DNA of 64,000 nt, from NCBI GenBank assembly GCA_965113315.1, contig OZ220365.1; one strand, 5' to 3'. Below, piece after piece: positions 1 through 11,341 of the stretch. The translations under genes and the position numbers were made by a program. Under the pieces are notes generated by a model. The model was not told the origin of the DNA. It worked only from the letters and a program-made list of their open reading frames with translations, and did no database searches. The first letter of the stretch is position 1. The number at the start of each line of letters is the position of its first letter. Source of the DNA: Podarcis vaucheri. Lineage: Eukaryota.

Positions 1-3000
1 ACTTGAACCGTCCATAATTGATCGCTTTGAGGACGTAGCTTAACACATTAGAGAAAGAAGCTTGTTTTTGAGCTTGTGCAAACGACCCAGTGTTTGCTCA
101 TACCAAATTCTATGGCACATTTTTCTGTCTTCATTGCTATTCCTGTGTAGCTTCCATCTGACTTGCAATCTCTGTGTTATTGGAAGTCTTAGGAGCACCG
201 CATCCAGCTCCAGTGCAAGGCTCTGCATTCAGCTGCCTTCAGAAATGCAGCTCCATTTCTAGTATGACTCGTAATAGTTATGAAAGATTCATTTAATGTT
301 GCCTTCCAGATTAATGAAAGAGTTGGAGTGAGCTTTGTAATCTAAAATTGCAGACTTCAGGTTTAGAAGATTGCAGTTTCATTACATGCCAAATAGAGCA
401 CATATGATAAATGTGTGCAATTATAAAAATGAAATATTTCAACTCCATAACTACACACACACACACATACACTTTTTCTCTTTCTCTGTTTGCATACAGT
501 TGTCTATCTTTGTTATTCCCACTATAAATAGATTGACAGTTCAAATAGTGTATTTAACCAGTTCTTTTTAAATAAGACCTTGTTATCCTACCAGCATGCA
601 GGGCACTCTCTCAGTTTCATCCATTTTTGCTGCTTTCTGGGAGTTACTAAAAGCAAAAAGGGCAGGATAAAATTGCTGGCACAATGCATTGATATTGGCC
701 TGTATTCTCTTGTTGGGTCACAAATTGTAAAAGCCAAATTATATATTTCTAAAAACTAAAAAAAAATATGCATTTCTCACCATATAATAGTTATACTGAT
801 CTGTCGTCATGCTATACTGACAGTCAGAGTCACTGGGAGTACAAGAGGCATGTGGACTGGGCTGAGACTTGGTAGCTGACCCTTGCAGGAATCCACCTCA
901 GAGCCAAATGGGTCACCTTGAAAGAAAGGCAATAGTAGAGGGCATAACCTGCTGGGGGCCCTTCTTCTATCTGGCACTGGGGGGGGGCACTTTTTCTGGC
1001 AGGAGGAAAAAGAAAGAAAAACAAGATGGGAGTTAAAAAGCAACCCCTCAAACTTCTCTGGAAGCTGGAGGCAATCTAGTTTTCCAGTGGGAGGCTGGTC
1101 CACTGACTTCTTTCAATTCTTCTGCAAGGAGATAAGACGTCACATATTCAGTGACCTGAATTCTAAATGGCTTGGTCCCTAAATAAGTTCCCAACAGAGA
1201 CAAGGTTCCATAACTATTATAGGTGATACACTTTCTGTCTTCTTATTTGGCGTTACTAGATCTCATTATCGCAGAGTCTCACATAAAACATCCAGAAATA
1301 CCAAGTTTCTCAATGACACCTCTACGTCTGTAGACTGAGAGAAGCCTATTGTCAGCAGCTGTACTTCTTGATTTCTGTGGCACTTCATTTTGTTCCCTCA
1401 AAGCATTGGATATCTCCATGCCAGCTCTTCATCAGATTCCCCATTTCATAGGACAGAAGATTTGTTTACTGCAGCTATAGGCAGGAGTGGGAACTAATGT
1501 GAAGGCATTTCTCTTTGATAAGCAAAATCTGCAGGCCAGCTCTTAGTTTGATATTAGAATTAAACCTCTCCTAATTATGAAGAACAAATAACATGGGATG
1601 CAACCCATGGGGAATGATAGCTCAAAGGAAGGATTCTGTGTGCAGAAACATCACATATAAGCTAAAAAGCCCTCTGGGATGCCTTTCTAGTAGCATGCCT
1701 TGGGGCTCAATACATCAGAGAATATTCCCCTGTCTTTTTGTGATTACGGCAAAATGAAACCACTTTGATATACATTTTTCTCCTTTTTTATAACTGTGTA
1801 GGTAGTGCTATTACAAATCTATAGCAAACTGTCACTGTAAGCCACAGTGCTGTGTAAACAAATGACTGTGGTGCTTTTTTTCTTAATGCAACAAAGGTGT
1901 CGCTTTTGAAACCAGACTGGTCTTTCTGCCACTGGAGCATTCTCTATTTTTGCTTTCTTTGTCATTACTTAGAGGTTGCAAAGAGGAATTTTACTCCTTC
2001 CTTTTTTTTTGGAAGGCTTAATTAATCTGGTGTGCTGTTTTCCTACCTGAAAGCCACCAAATGCATTAGAGTCTTTACAGTACAGCAGCAGACATAAGAG
2101 AGTGGTGCTAATGCACATTTTTTTAAAAAATGACTGCTGTAGAATTACTACACATTTTCTCTGGTGGGCATCTTATGTAATTCTGTTATCAGATTCAGAA
2201 GAAATGTTGGTTCAGTTTTCTGCTTACTGGTTCAGAAGAAGTACACAGAGTGCTCTGGAATTAGTGCACTGAGATTTTATTTGGAAGGCTGTGTCTCATG
2301 TGACTTCACTGTGTAATATTTTCCAAATTAATGCAGTTTTTAAGGCTTGAAGGCAGAAACTCCCATTTTGAAGACATTTGTGGCTCTGTGATGAAGACGA
2401 TTATTTGACGACACAAATGGTCAAAGATCATTAGGTTCATTGCTACTAAAATATCCTGTTAGTTCTTTCACAGTATAGATTAGGCTTTCTCCCAGGTCCA
2501 AGTAACAGCTTCGTAAAGGAGTGTTCTAGAGGAGAAGGGGAGGCACAGGATCATACGTACTGACACTACGTCCACTACCAGCCTTTGCACATAGAAGTTC
2601 CTATTTGCCCTGAGGCATATGTGCATACTCTAAATGTGTATAAGCTCCTTGGTATGATCCATACTCTCCATTTTTGTACACTCCACTTTTGTAGGATGTT
2701 GATTGCACAAAGGATTGATTACTTGGATTTGGGTGTATAAGCATAGCACCCTTGGCAACCATGGCCTTGAACATGTGGAGGTCAAAGGTAGAATCAGTGA
2801 ATACAGTTCCATCCTATTCTCCATGGATTGCTTTCTCAACTAGATGACTGTCTATACTAGGTGTCTGCACATGGTTTCCATATGTGCAGACAAGGTAGGT
2901 TTAAGGCTGAAATCTTAAGCACACCCGTTAAGGAGCAAGGTGTATTCAGCTCAATTGAACATCTATGGGTGTGAATGTGCTTAGTATAATGCAATAAGCA

Positions 3001-3136
3001 ATAACATTTATTGGTTCATAGTGCACTGCATATATTTGAATAATGTATCCATGTAAAATATTTAGGGTTTTTCCCCCAAGAACGAAACTAAACACTCTTC
3101 TTATTTAAAAAAGATTCATTTAAGCCTATATATATA

Positions 3137-6100
3137 GGTAAAGGCGCCCCTGACCATTAGGTCCAGTTGTAACCGACTCTGGGGTTGCGGCGCTCATCTC
3201 GCTCTATGGGCCGAGGGAGCCGGCGTTTGTCCGCAGACAGCTTCCAGGTCATGTGGCCAGCATGACTAAGCCGCTTCTGGTGAACCAGAGCAGTGCACGG
3301 AAATGCTGTTTACCTTCCCGCCAGAGCAGTTCCTATTTATCTACTTGCACTTTTTTTCTTTTACTTTTTTTTAACATTTTTTAAATAAATTTTATTATTT
3401 TTTATCATTAATACACATATACAAGCATACAAACATACATTTCATACAATCTTTAAAAATATTCAAACATACTTACACTCAATCCCACAAATAGTTCCTT
3501 TCCCCATCACCATCCACCGACCCTTCACCCCACCTTTGTGTTGACTTCCAATCTACTCAATTACAATATCTTTCCACTTCTATTACTTTCTTTCACACAC
3601 CTTTACCCTAATTTCATACTTCTTTTTCTATTACACGTTGTTTTCCATCTTATTTGATATTTCAGTATTTGAAACGGAACTTGTTTATTCTAATAGGAGT
3701 TCTGATTTTTCGATATGATTTTGCAAGTATCTTTTAAACACTTTCCAGTCCCTATCTATCTTTTCTTTCGAAATCCTTCCAATTTCTTCCATTGTTTTGG
3801 ATATATTGTAATACTCCAATAATTTGGCAAGCCACTCTGTTTTTGTTGGTATTATACCACTTTTCCAGTTTTTCGCAATCAATAGCCTTGCTGCTACTGT
3901 TGCGTATAAATATAAGGTCTTACCTTCTTCCTTTACGCTTCCTGGTACTATTCCCAATAGAAAACCTTCTGGTGTTTTCCTAAATGAGTATCTAAACATT
4001 TTTTTCATTTCATTATATATTATTTCCCAAAATTGTTTGATGTTTAAACAATTCCACCATATATGTATCATAGTACCTTTTCCCGTGTTGCATCGCCAGC
4101 AGATATCGCTACAGTTTTTATTCATTTTTGCTATTCTTTCAGGTGTTAAATACCATCTATGTTGCATTTTAAGGTAATTTTCTTTCAGTATATAACACAT
4201 GGTGAATTTCATATCTTCTTTCCACAATTTTTCCCATTGTTCAAACATAATGTTTTTCCCAATGTCTTGCGCCCATTTAATCATTGATGCTTTAACCAGT
4301 TCATCCTTTGTTTCCCACTCTAAAATCAGATTATACAATTTAGATATATTTTTTGATTTTTCTTGTATTAAATATTTATCGAATTTTGATATTTCTTTTT
4401 CAAATCCTAACTTTTTGTCTTTTGCTAATCTATACTTAATTTGAATATATTGAAACCAATCACTAATATGAGCTTTAATTTCTGTGTAGTCCTTTAATTC
4501 CAATTCCCCGTTTTCTTCCTTTAATACAGTTTTATAGGTAGCCCAATTTTCTTTCATATTTAATTTTTTCACTGCGACAATTTCTGCCGGCGATGCCCAC
4601 CAGGGAGTTTTCGGTTCTAAAAGTCTTTTGTATTTCTCCCATATTTTATATATAGATTTTCTGATTATATGCCCTAGGAAGCCTTTATGTACTCTCACTT
4701 TTTCATCTATTAAATAGGCATGCCATCCAAATCTTGTCTCTACTCCTTCTAAATCCAATACATCCGAGTCATCTAATTTGATCCATTCTTTTATCCAGGT
4801 CAGACCCACCGCATCGTGATATAACTCCATATCTGGGAGACCAAATCCTCCTCTCTCCTTCTTATCTATCATTATTTTGTGTTTTATTCTTGGTTTTTTT
4901 CCTGACCATATGAATTTAGCCAAATCTCTTTTCCAGTTATTAAAACATTTATCTCCTCCTAGTATTGGGATACTTTGAAATAAAAACATCATCCTTGGTA
5001 ATATGTTCATCTTTATTACCGATATTTTCCCTAGTAAGGAAAGATTTAATTTTCCCCATACTTGCAAGTCATTTTTTATTTCATTCCATGTTTTCCCATA
5101 GTTCTCATTACTTAAATCTATAGTATTTGTTGTTAAATTTATTCCAAGATACCTTATTTTCTTTTTAATTTCCAATCCTGTAATTTCTTGTAATTTCACT
5201 TTATCTTTTTCTTCCATATTTTTCACTAGTATTTTGGTTTTCCCATAGTTTAATTTGAATCCTGCTAATCTGCCATATTCGTTTATGCATTCCAATATTC
5301 TAGGTGTACATTGTAGGGGATTTTCTGTTGTGATCATAACATCGTCTGCAAAGGCTCTTAACTTATATCTTTTTTCACCAACTGCTATTCCTCTTATTTG
5401 GTTGTCCTGCCTTATTTTCTTTAATAGAACCTCTAATACTATTATAAATAACATTGGGGATAGGGGGCATCCTTGTCTTGTACCTTTAAGGATGTTGATT
5501 TCTTCTCCAAACTCTCCATTAATAATAATTTTTGCTTTCTGTTGGTTATATATTGCATTTATACCTTTTTGGAATTTTTCACCTAAACACAATTCTTTTA
5601 ATAGTTTTTTCATAAATTCCCATGAGATTTTGTCGAAAGCCTTCTCCGCGTCGATTGAAATCAGGGCTGCTTGTTTGTCTCTTCTTACTTGTAGATATTC
5701 CATTATGTCTATTATATTTCTGATATTATCCTTTATTTGTCTACCTTCCACAAATCCAGCCTGATTTTTATGTACTATTTTTCCTATAATTTTTTTCAAC
5801 CTATTAGCCAGTAATCCTGCGTAAATTTTATAATCGGAATTTAACAATGAAATGGGTCTATAATTTGAGACCAATTCCAAATCCGTACCTTGTTTTGGCA
5901 GAAGCGTTATATACCCTTGAGTCCAAGAGTCTGGAACATTCCCCTTCTCTACTGCTTCCTCTATTACTTCTTTTAGTGGGTCAATTAATTCATTTAACAT
6001 TTCTTTGTAGTATTCTGCTGGTATGCCATCCGGACCTGGGGATTTCCCTATTTTTAATTTTTGTATTGATTCCTTAATTTCTATGGTTGATATTGGTTCA

Positions 6101-7200
6101 TTTAATAATTTATGGTCTTCTTCTGCTATCTCTATTAATTTATTTTTCTTTATATATTCCTCTATTTCTTCTATTGGCACTTCATCTTTTTGATATAATT
6201 TTTTGTAATATTTTTCAAATTCTTTTTTGATTTCTGTCATATCCCTTATTGTCCTCTCTTCTACTTTTATTTTATTTATTAATTTTTCATTTCTTTGTTT
6301 CTTTAGTTGCCAGGCAAGGATCTTGCCTGGCTTGTTTGCCCATTCAAAATTTTTATATTTCCAAAATTTGATTTGTTGTTCTACCTCCTGTTCTATAATT
6401 TTATTATATTCTACTCTCAGTAATTTAATTTCTTGATTTAATCTCTCTTTATTTTTGCTTGCATAGGCCAATTTTTCCTTCCTTTTAATTTCTTCTAAAA
6501 GCCCCCTTTTCTTTTTTTCTTTGTTCTTATATGCTATTGAGTTTTGCTGTATGAAATATCCCCTAACAACCGCCTTCCCAGCATCCCACACTGTTTTAAC
6601 ATCTGTCCCTTTCCTCCAATTGTTTTCAAAATATTCCTTCATCAACTTTCTGGCTCCTTGCATTACTTTTTCATTTTTTAATAAGAAAACATTCATTCTC
6701 CACCTTTTCTTCCCTTTCTCCTCTTTTCCTTTAAGAGTTAATGATACTGGATTGTGATCCGTAAGTGTTTTTGGCATTATTTCGGCATTCTCTGCTTCAA
6801 TTGTCATATCCTTAGTAATCCATATACTGTCGATTCGACTATACGAATTTTTTGGTTCTGAGAAATATGTGAACTCCTTTTCGACAGGATGTTTATATCT
6901 CCATATATCCACTAAATCAAAAATCTTTACCATTTCCATAAAGCTTTTTGGCAACTTCCCTTCATTTCCCCCCCTCTTCTTCTGTGATCTATCCAATTCT
7001 GGTTCCATTACTCCATTTAAATCCCCTAACACAATAATTCTCATATCTACTTGCACTTTGACATGCTTTCGAACTGCTAGGTTGGCAGGAGCAGGGACCA
7101 AGCAACGGGAGCTCACCCTGTCACAGGGATTCGAACCGCCAACCTTTTGATCAGCAAGTCCTAGGCTCTGTGGTTTAACCCACAGCGCCACCCGTGTCCC
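3137..7200 (-). mobile_element. Sauria SINE split by the L1 (3' part 3137-3353, 5' part 7044-7200)
   Basis: Minus-strand head GGGACACGGGTGGCGCTGTGG (A box) and GGTTCGAATCC (B box); tail GGACCTAATGGTCAGGGG..CCTTTACC. The two halves join exactly across the TSD. Confidence 0.93.
3354..7043 (-). mobile_element. 5'-truncated L1-clade LINE, young, inserted in a Sauria SINE
   Basis: Perfect 16-bp TSD TATCTACTTGCACTTT at 3338-3353 and 7044-7059; A-rich tail and AATAAA on the minus strand near 3354-3396; 3' UTR of about 300 nt; uninterrupted ORF2. Confidence 0.95.
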
Positions 7201-7206
7201 TCCCAT
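3685..7206 (-). CDS. L1 ORF2 protein (partial APE endonuclease, reverse transcriptase, CCHC knuckle); first 54 codons come from flank and SINE
   Basis: EN motifs GDLN, DIWR, FTYFS, SRIDSIW, TDHNP; RT motifs KSPGPDG, NYRPISLLN, IDAEKAFD, GTRQGCPLSP, FADD, YLGI; C-terminal CWRC...HIWWNC. The N-terminal part of EN is missing. L1-derived frame starts at about 7044. Confidence 0.92.
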   Translation of the reverse strand: MGGTRVALWVKPQSLGLADQKVGGSNPCDRVSSRCLVPAPANLAVRKHVKVQVDMRIIVLGDLNGVMEPELDRSQKKRGGNEGKLPKSFMEMVKIFDLVDIWRYKHPVEKEFTYFSEPKNSYSRIDSIWITKDMTIEAENAEIMPKTLTDHNPVSLTLKGKEEKGKKRWRMNVFLLKNEKVMQGARKLMKEYFENNWRKGTDVKTVWDAGKAVVRGYFIQQNSIAYKNKEKKKRGLLEEIKRKEKLAYASKNKERLNQEIKLLRVEYNKIIEQEVEQQIKFWKYKNFEWANKPGKILAWQLKKQRNEKLINKIKVEERTIRDMTEIKKEFEKYYKKLYQKDEVPIEEIEEYIKKNKLIEIAEEDHKLLNEPISTIEIKESIQKLKIGKSPGPDGIPAEYYKEMLNELIDPLKEVIEEAVEKGNVPDSWTQGYITLLPKQGTDLELVSNYRPISLLNSDYKIYAGLLANRLKKIIGKIVHKNQAGFVEGRQIKDNIRNIIDIMEYLQVRRDKQAALISIDAEKAFDKISWEFMKKLLKELCLGEKFQKGINAIYNQQKAKIIINGEFGEEINILKGTRQGCPLSPMLFIIVLEVLLKKIRQDNQIRGIAVGEKRYKLRAFADDVMITTENPLQCTPRILECINEYGRLAGFKLNYGKTKILVKNMEEKDKVKLQEITGLEIKKKIRYLGINLTTNTIDLSNENYGKTWNEIKNDLQVWGKLNLSLLGKISVIKMNILPRMMFLFQSIPILGGDKCFNNWKRDLAKFIWSGKKPRIKHKIMIDKKERGGFGLPDMELYHDAVGLTWIKEWIKLDDSDVLDLEGVETRFGWHAYLIDEKVRVHKGFLGHIIRKSIYKIWEKYKRLLEPKTPWWASPAEIVAVKKLNMKENWATYKTVLKEENGELELKDYTEIKAHISDWFQYIQIKYRLAKDKKLGFEKEISKFDKYLIQEKSKNISKLYNLILEWETKDELVKASMIKWAQDIGKNIMFEQWEKLWKEDMKFTMCYILKENYLKMQHRWYLTPERIAKMNKNCSDICWRCNTGKGTMIHIWWNCLNIKQFWEIIYNEMKKMFRYSFRKTPEGFLLGIVPGSVKEEGKTLYLYATVAARLLIAKNWKSGIIPTKTEWLAKLLEYYNISKTMEEIGRISKEKIDRDWKVFKRYLQNHIEKSELLLE

Positions 7207-7291
7207 ATATATGTATGTCTAATTATTTTGAAATCAAAAGTGTCCCAAGTTATACAGATGACAGGATGTTCTTCTGCCTACTCTTTTCCAG

Positions 7292-7419
7292 GACTATAAT
7301 GATGAAATCCGTCAAGAGCAATTAAGAGAATTATCATATCTAAATGGTTCAGAAGAGTCAGCTCGTGGACGAGCGATGCGGGGAAGAGGGATCCGGGTTC
7401 CTCCTGCAGCCCCTTCAAG
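7292..7419 (+). CDS. KHDRBS2: KHDRBS2 (SLM-1) internal coding exon, probably exon 5 (QUA2 region plus start of RG-rich region)
   Basis: Acceptor ctcttttccag| and donor AG|gtcagt; 128 nt, phase 0 to 2. Translates DYNDEIRQEQLRELSYLNGSEESARGRAMRGRGIRVPPAAPS(R), which I recognise as the SLM-1 QUA2/RG segment. Confidence 0.95.
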
Positions 7420-9764
7420 GTCAGTTGCGTTTGCTCTTCTTTACAACCACGTTAACAGGTAAACAGTAGCTGCGACTCTAGGTACAGATGGTGTTATTTA
7501 AATCGACCACAATTTGGATAAGCTGCAGAATCTCAGACTTGGGGACCAAATTGACCTTCATGGGCCACATATCCTTAAGTGCTTCTGCCTGTCTGGAATG
7601 TGTTCTGGAACACATATTGCCTCTTGCTTACTTCAAGGAGGGTGGAGGTTTTTGCATGGGTTTTGCATGGCTGGAATGTAGCCTCCCCTGCAAAGGTAAG
7701 ATTCATGTCCATTCTTTTGCCCACTTTTACATCTGGCACCACACATCACTAGTATATGTTGCTGGAAGGTTGCCCACAAGGAAATGCAAAGTTCCCTACA
7801 CCTCAGTCAGAAAAATTGACAGGAAAAAAATATGGGAGTTTTCTTTCTATGTTTTCTTTCAAACAAACCTTCTCACTGAACTTTTAACTGCCATTGAAAT
7901 ATAAGGGAATTTAAAATAGGTTTGAGAGTGAACTAATGACTGCTGTGACTAAATTCCAGACCAACATGCAAGTTAGTTGTGGCTTAAGTCCCAGGGTTTG
8001 AAGTGACAGATTGAGGGTTCATATGCAAACAAAACTGAGCACCCCTGGCTAAATCCATACAACTTAAAGCCTTCCTGTTTGGTAGGGTATTGCTTTTCAC
8101 AGAGACTTTAAAGAACTGCTTTGTTAAAGTAGGCCCTTAAATAAGTTACGAACGTCGTACTCAAAATCAGAATCAATTCAAGGAACCTTGCCTAGGCCCA
8201 GTTACAATTTCACAAAATACTTTTATGTCATGTTACATTAATTTAGGAGTCATTCCACTTGCCATAGAAGGACTTAACTGACTGCTGGTGCATTTTAATA
8301 GGAGACGTTCAGGGCTAACAAATGGATCTCTTGAGTTTATAAAGCAGCAGTGTGCGGTAGACTGACTCATTACCTTTATTTTACGTTTTGCAAGCCCCTG
8401 TAAGTGTTTGTCCTCCTGTCGTTATTTCTATTACCTCAAAGTAATTTTAAGCTCTTGGTCGAGTGCTCTAAAATATTGAATGAGATGAATCCTGGTTGTA
8501 TGGGTTTTTTTTAGTTGTAGGTTCAGATGGTTGCCTTTTCAACCATCATGAGATACCCCCTTTGTAGACATTTACCTTCATAAGCAATTGTGACTGCACC
8601 TGCCAGTCCCACTCCCATGGCGCATGCTTTGGATATCACATCTGCGCAGAAGCCTATATGCATAAATTTCAATATTTAGATGGTTCAGTTTATACTACAC
8701 GTGAAAATCCTTAGATGTGTAGATCTGGGGTCCAATGTATGGGCAGTGGGAATGCCCAGGAGGTGAGGCTAGCAGGTATGATCACAATCCTTCCCTACAT
8801 GTACATAACTACATAGACCTATTAAGTTCAGCCCTTTATTATTGCAAGAATAGGAAGCACAATCCTCTCAGTGAAACCAGGAACTTTCATTTGAAATTTT
8901 GTTATGTTACTTAACCCATCTTATTACTTCTATGGTTGTTAATAATCGTCTACTGTTGTTCTATCTAAATGCAATTCATTTCTCTTTGTTCTAGAGATTA
9001 CCTAATTCTCCTGTCTCTCTGATATCACTCTCCCTCCCAGTGATCTATTTATATAGAGAAAAATAATATTCTCTGTCAGTTTTCATTAATGCTGGAATGA
9101 GCAAATCAGGTTTTTTGAATCTAGTCTCCTTAAATTGTATTCTTCAGTCCCACTGTGGTTTAAAATCGAGTTCCTACAAAACAAACCCTTCCTTGGCTAG
9201 TTTGACTACTTGCCTTTATCTCTGTATTTATAAAGGCATCAGATTTTGCTACATTATTATTATTATTATCATTATTATTATTAACCTATCGTATCCTGCT
9301 TGTAGTTTAATTCCAATTTAAGATTGTTAATTAATATAGGTGGAATATTCATCACTTAATGAAGTGACTAGGCATTTGAAAAAGATATATATGTTTCTAC
9401 AAATAAGAATACTTATTACACTTGTCAGTATTCTACATGCTGTTTCTGCAAAGTCACAAAATTGAAAGCACAATTTTAAAAATAAACCCAACAGATAGAC
9501 TGACCCACACTAGCAAGTAAAGAGAACCAAAACAATATTGACTTGTATTTTATAAAACAGCATTGGGTTGAGGATATCTTAATATGTGGGAAATCAGAAG
9601 GAACATACAGACAGCTATGACCATATTTCCAATATGTCAAAGCTCACAGAGGTGAAATGTCACTATTAATGACATGACGAAAGTTTTAGAAATGTTCTTT
9701 CATTATTGAAGCATTGCTTACAAAGGGAATGTTCTGTTTATGACATCTGGGTCCAAGTGTCCTA

Positions 9765-9920
9765 CCATCCCTGGGAGGAGCTCAGATTGGCTTATATGAT
9801 TCTTTTCCCCTTGTCCCAATTTTATCATCACATGAAGCCTGTGAGGTGGGCTGGTGACTGGCCCAAGGATCATCCACTGAGGTTCGTGGTTGAGTGGGAA
9901 ATTTGAACCTGATTCTCCTC
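9765..9920 (-). mobile_element. Degraded CORE/MIR-like or Squam3-like tRNA SINE
   Basis: cctgtgaggtggg..gtgactggcccaagg..gagtgggaaatttgaacctg resembles the reverse complement of the SINE at 58695. Confidence 0.55.
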
Positions 9921-10082
9921 TACTAATTTGGTGTAACTAACATGAGTGAAAGCTCACAGCAGAGTGCTACATGCCCCCTATATATTAGTTTATCCTTCTC
10001 CTATATTGAAATGAACTGGATTATATAAAAAAAAAATAAAAATTGTTCAGTAGCACCTTAGAAACTAACTAAGTGTGTTCTT

Positions 10083-10122
10083 GGGATAAGCTTTCGTGTG
10101 CATGCACACTTCTTCAGATACA
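10083..10122 (-). ncRNA. Minimal hammerhead ribozyme motif (PLE type)
   Basis: Minus strand reads GTAT-CTGAAGA-A-GTGTGCATGCACAC-GAAA-GCTT-ATCC: CUGANGA and GAAA core, palindromic stem II, minimal palindromic stem III; one stem I mismatch. Confidence 0.6.
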
Positions 10123-10235
10123 CTGAAACAGAAGTCACCAGACCCTTATATATAGTGGGAGGGAGGTACCCTCCTGAGAAAAACCCCACCCCACCCTCCC
10201 ACTATATATAAGGGTCTGGTGACTTCTCTTTCATT

Positions 10236-10273
10236 GTATGTGAAGACGTGTACATGTACACGAAAGCTTATAC
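10236..10273 (+). ncRNA. Minimal hammerhead ribozyme motif, core-mutated copy
   Basis: GTAT-GTGAAGA-C-GTGTACATGTACAC-GAAA-GCTT-ATAC: stem I intact, first core base C changed to G. Confidence 0.5.
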
Positions 10274-11159
10274 CAAGAACAAACTTAGTTGGTCTCTAAG
10301 GTGCTACTGGACAATTTTTTAAAATATATTTTGACTGCGTCAGACCAACACGGCTACCTACCTGAATCTGAAATGAACTGGTCATTCTACAATTACTTTT
10401 CTATGATGCATTCTTCCCTTACTTTCTTCTCACAATACACTGCAATTTATTTATTTTAGAAAAATTCTTCTCTATTTTCTGGCCCCCAAAATGACTTTCG
10501 GGAGTCTTCTAAATTGAAAACAAAGAAAACAAAATAAAAGCAAGTGTAACTTGCCAATTAAATGGTTAAAACAACAGCATGAGTTGGGCATAAAGCAACT
10601 GGGTCAGATTAAAAATACATTGCTCCAGCAGGAGGTTAACACAGATCAAAAACCAAATGGAAATAAAAGACTGCTGAAAAAGTCAAGAGAAAGGGAGCTG
10701 ACTGAACCTCTTTGGGGAGGGCATTAGACAATCTGGATTTTGCTTTTGATCTACTTGATCCTGAAAAGGGATTCAACTGGCATACAAACCACAGCTGAGC
10801 AAAGACAATAATATAGAGATTATGTAGGTGGTTATTTGAGGAAATAGTTGATGAAAGGTCTTGTCCAACAGCTAATATCTGTCACCTACCAATGTTCCTT
10901 CCAAACATCAGCTCCTTTGTTCACTCCCCATCTATCTAAACATAGCCCAGCTGAACTGCCTTTATTCCATGAAACCTTTCATTTGGCACTATCATTCTAC
11001 CTAGGGCGAACAAATACCAAGTATGCGAGCAGTGCTGAAAATTTAATGGTGATACGAGTGCTTTGGGGGGGGTGTCAAATTCAGTTTCTGTAATCTGTTG
11101 CATCGTATATAAGTTGATTAACGCTTACCCTAAAAATGTGTGATAGATTTCGTTTCAGG

Positions 11160-11278
11160 TGTGGTCAGCCTATGGCTCTCTGGGTGGAGTTGTTAAACTC
11201 CAACTCTTATCACCTCTTGCTAGCATGATGGAAGCCATAGTCTAGCAACATATGGAGGGCCACAGGTTCCCCATGCTT
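11160..11278. mobile_element. Short degraded hAT-like MITE
   Basis: Imperfect palindrome ending ggagggccacaggttcccca; related copies near 15330-15450, 27660-27730 and 33490-33600. Confidence 0.5.
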
Positions 11279-11341
11279 GTTTTATAGCTTTGCATTAAGG
11301 GCTCGTCTTCACATTAATGAGATTTCTCTATTCCTTCTCAG

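Larger units (their letters stand above)
10020..10368. mobile_element. Penelope-like element remnant with inverted pseudo-LTRs
   Basis: Inverted arms of about 125 bp (10036-10163 and 10194-10320); 13-bp TSD TGAAATGAACTGG at 10007-10019 and 10369-10381; typical squamate PLE end ..aaggtgctac..cagaccaacacggctacc. Confidence 0.85.

Noticed and set aside
3792-7150. Plus-strand ORFs inside the L1
   Set aside because: Antisense shadows of ORF2.
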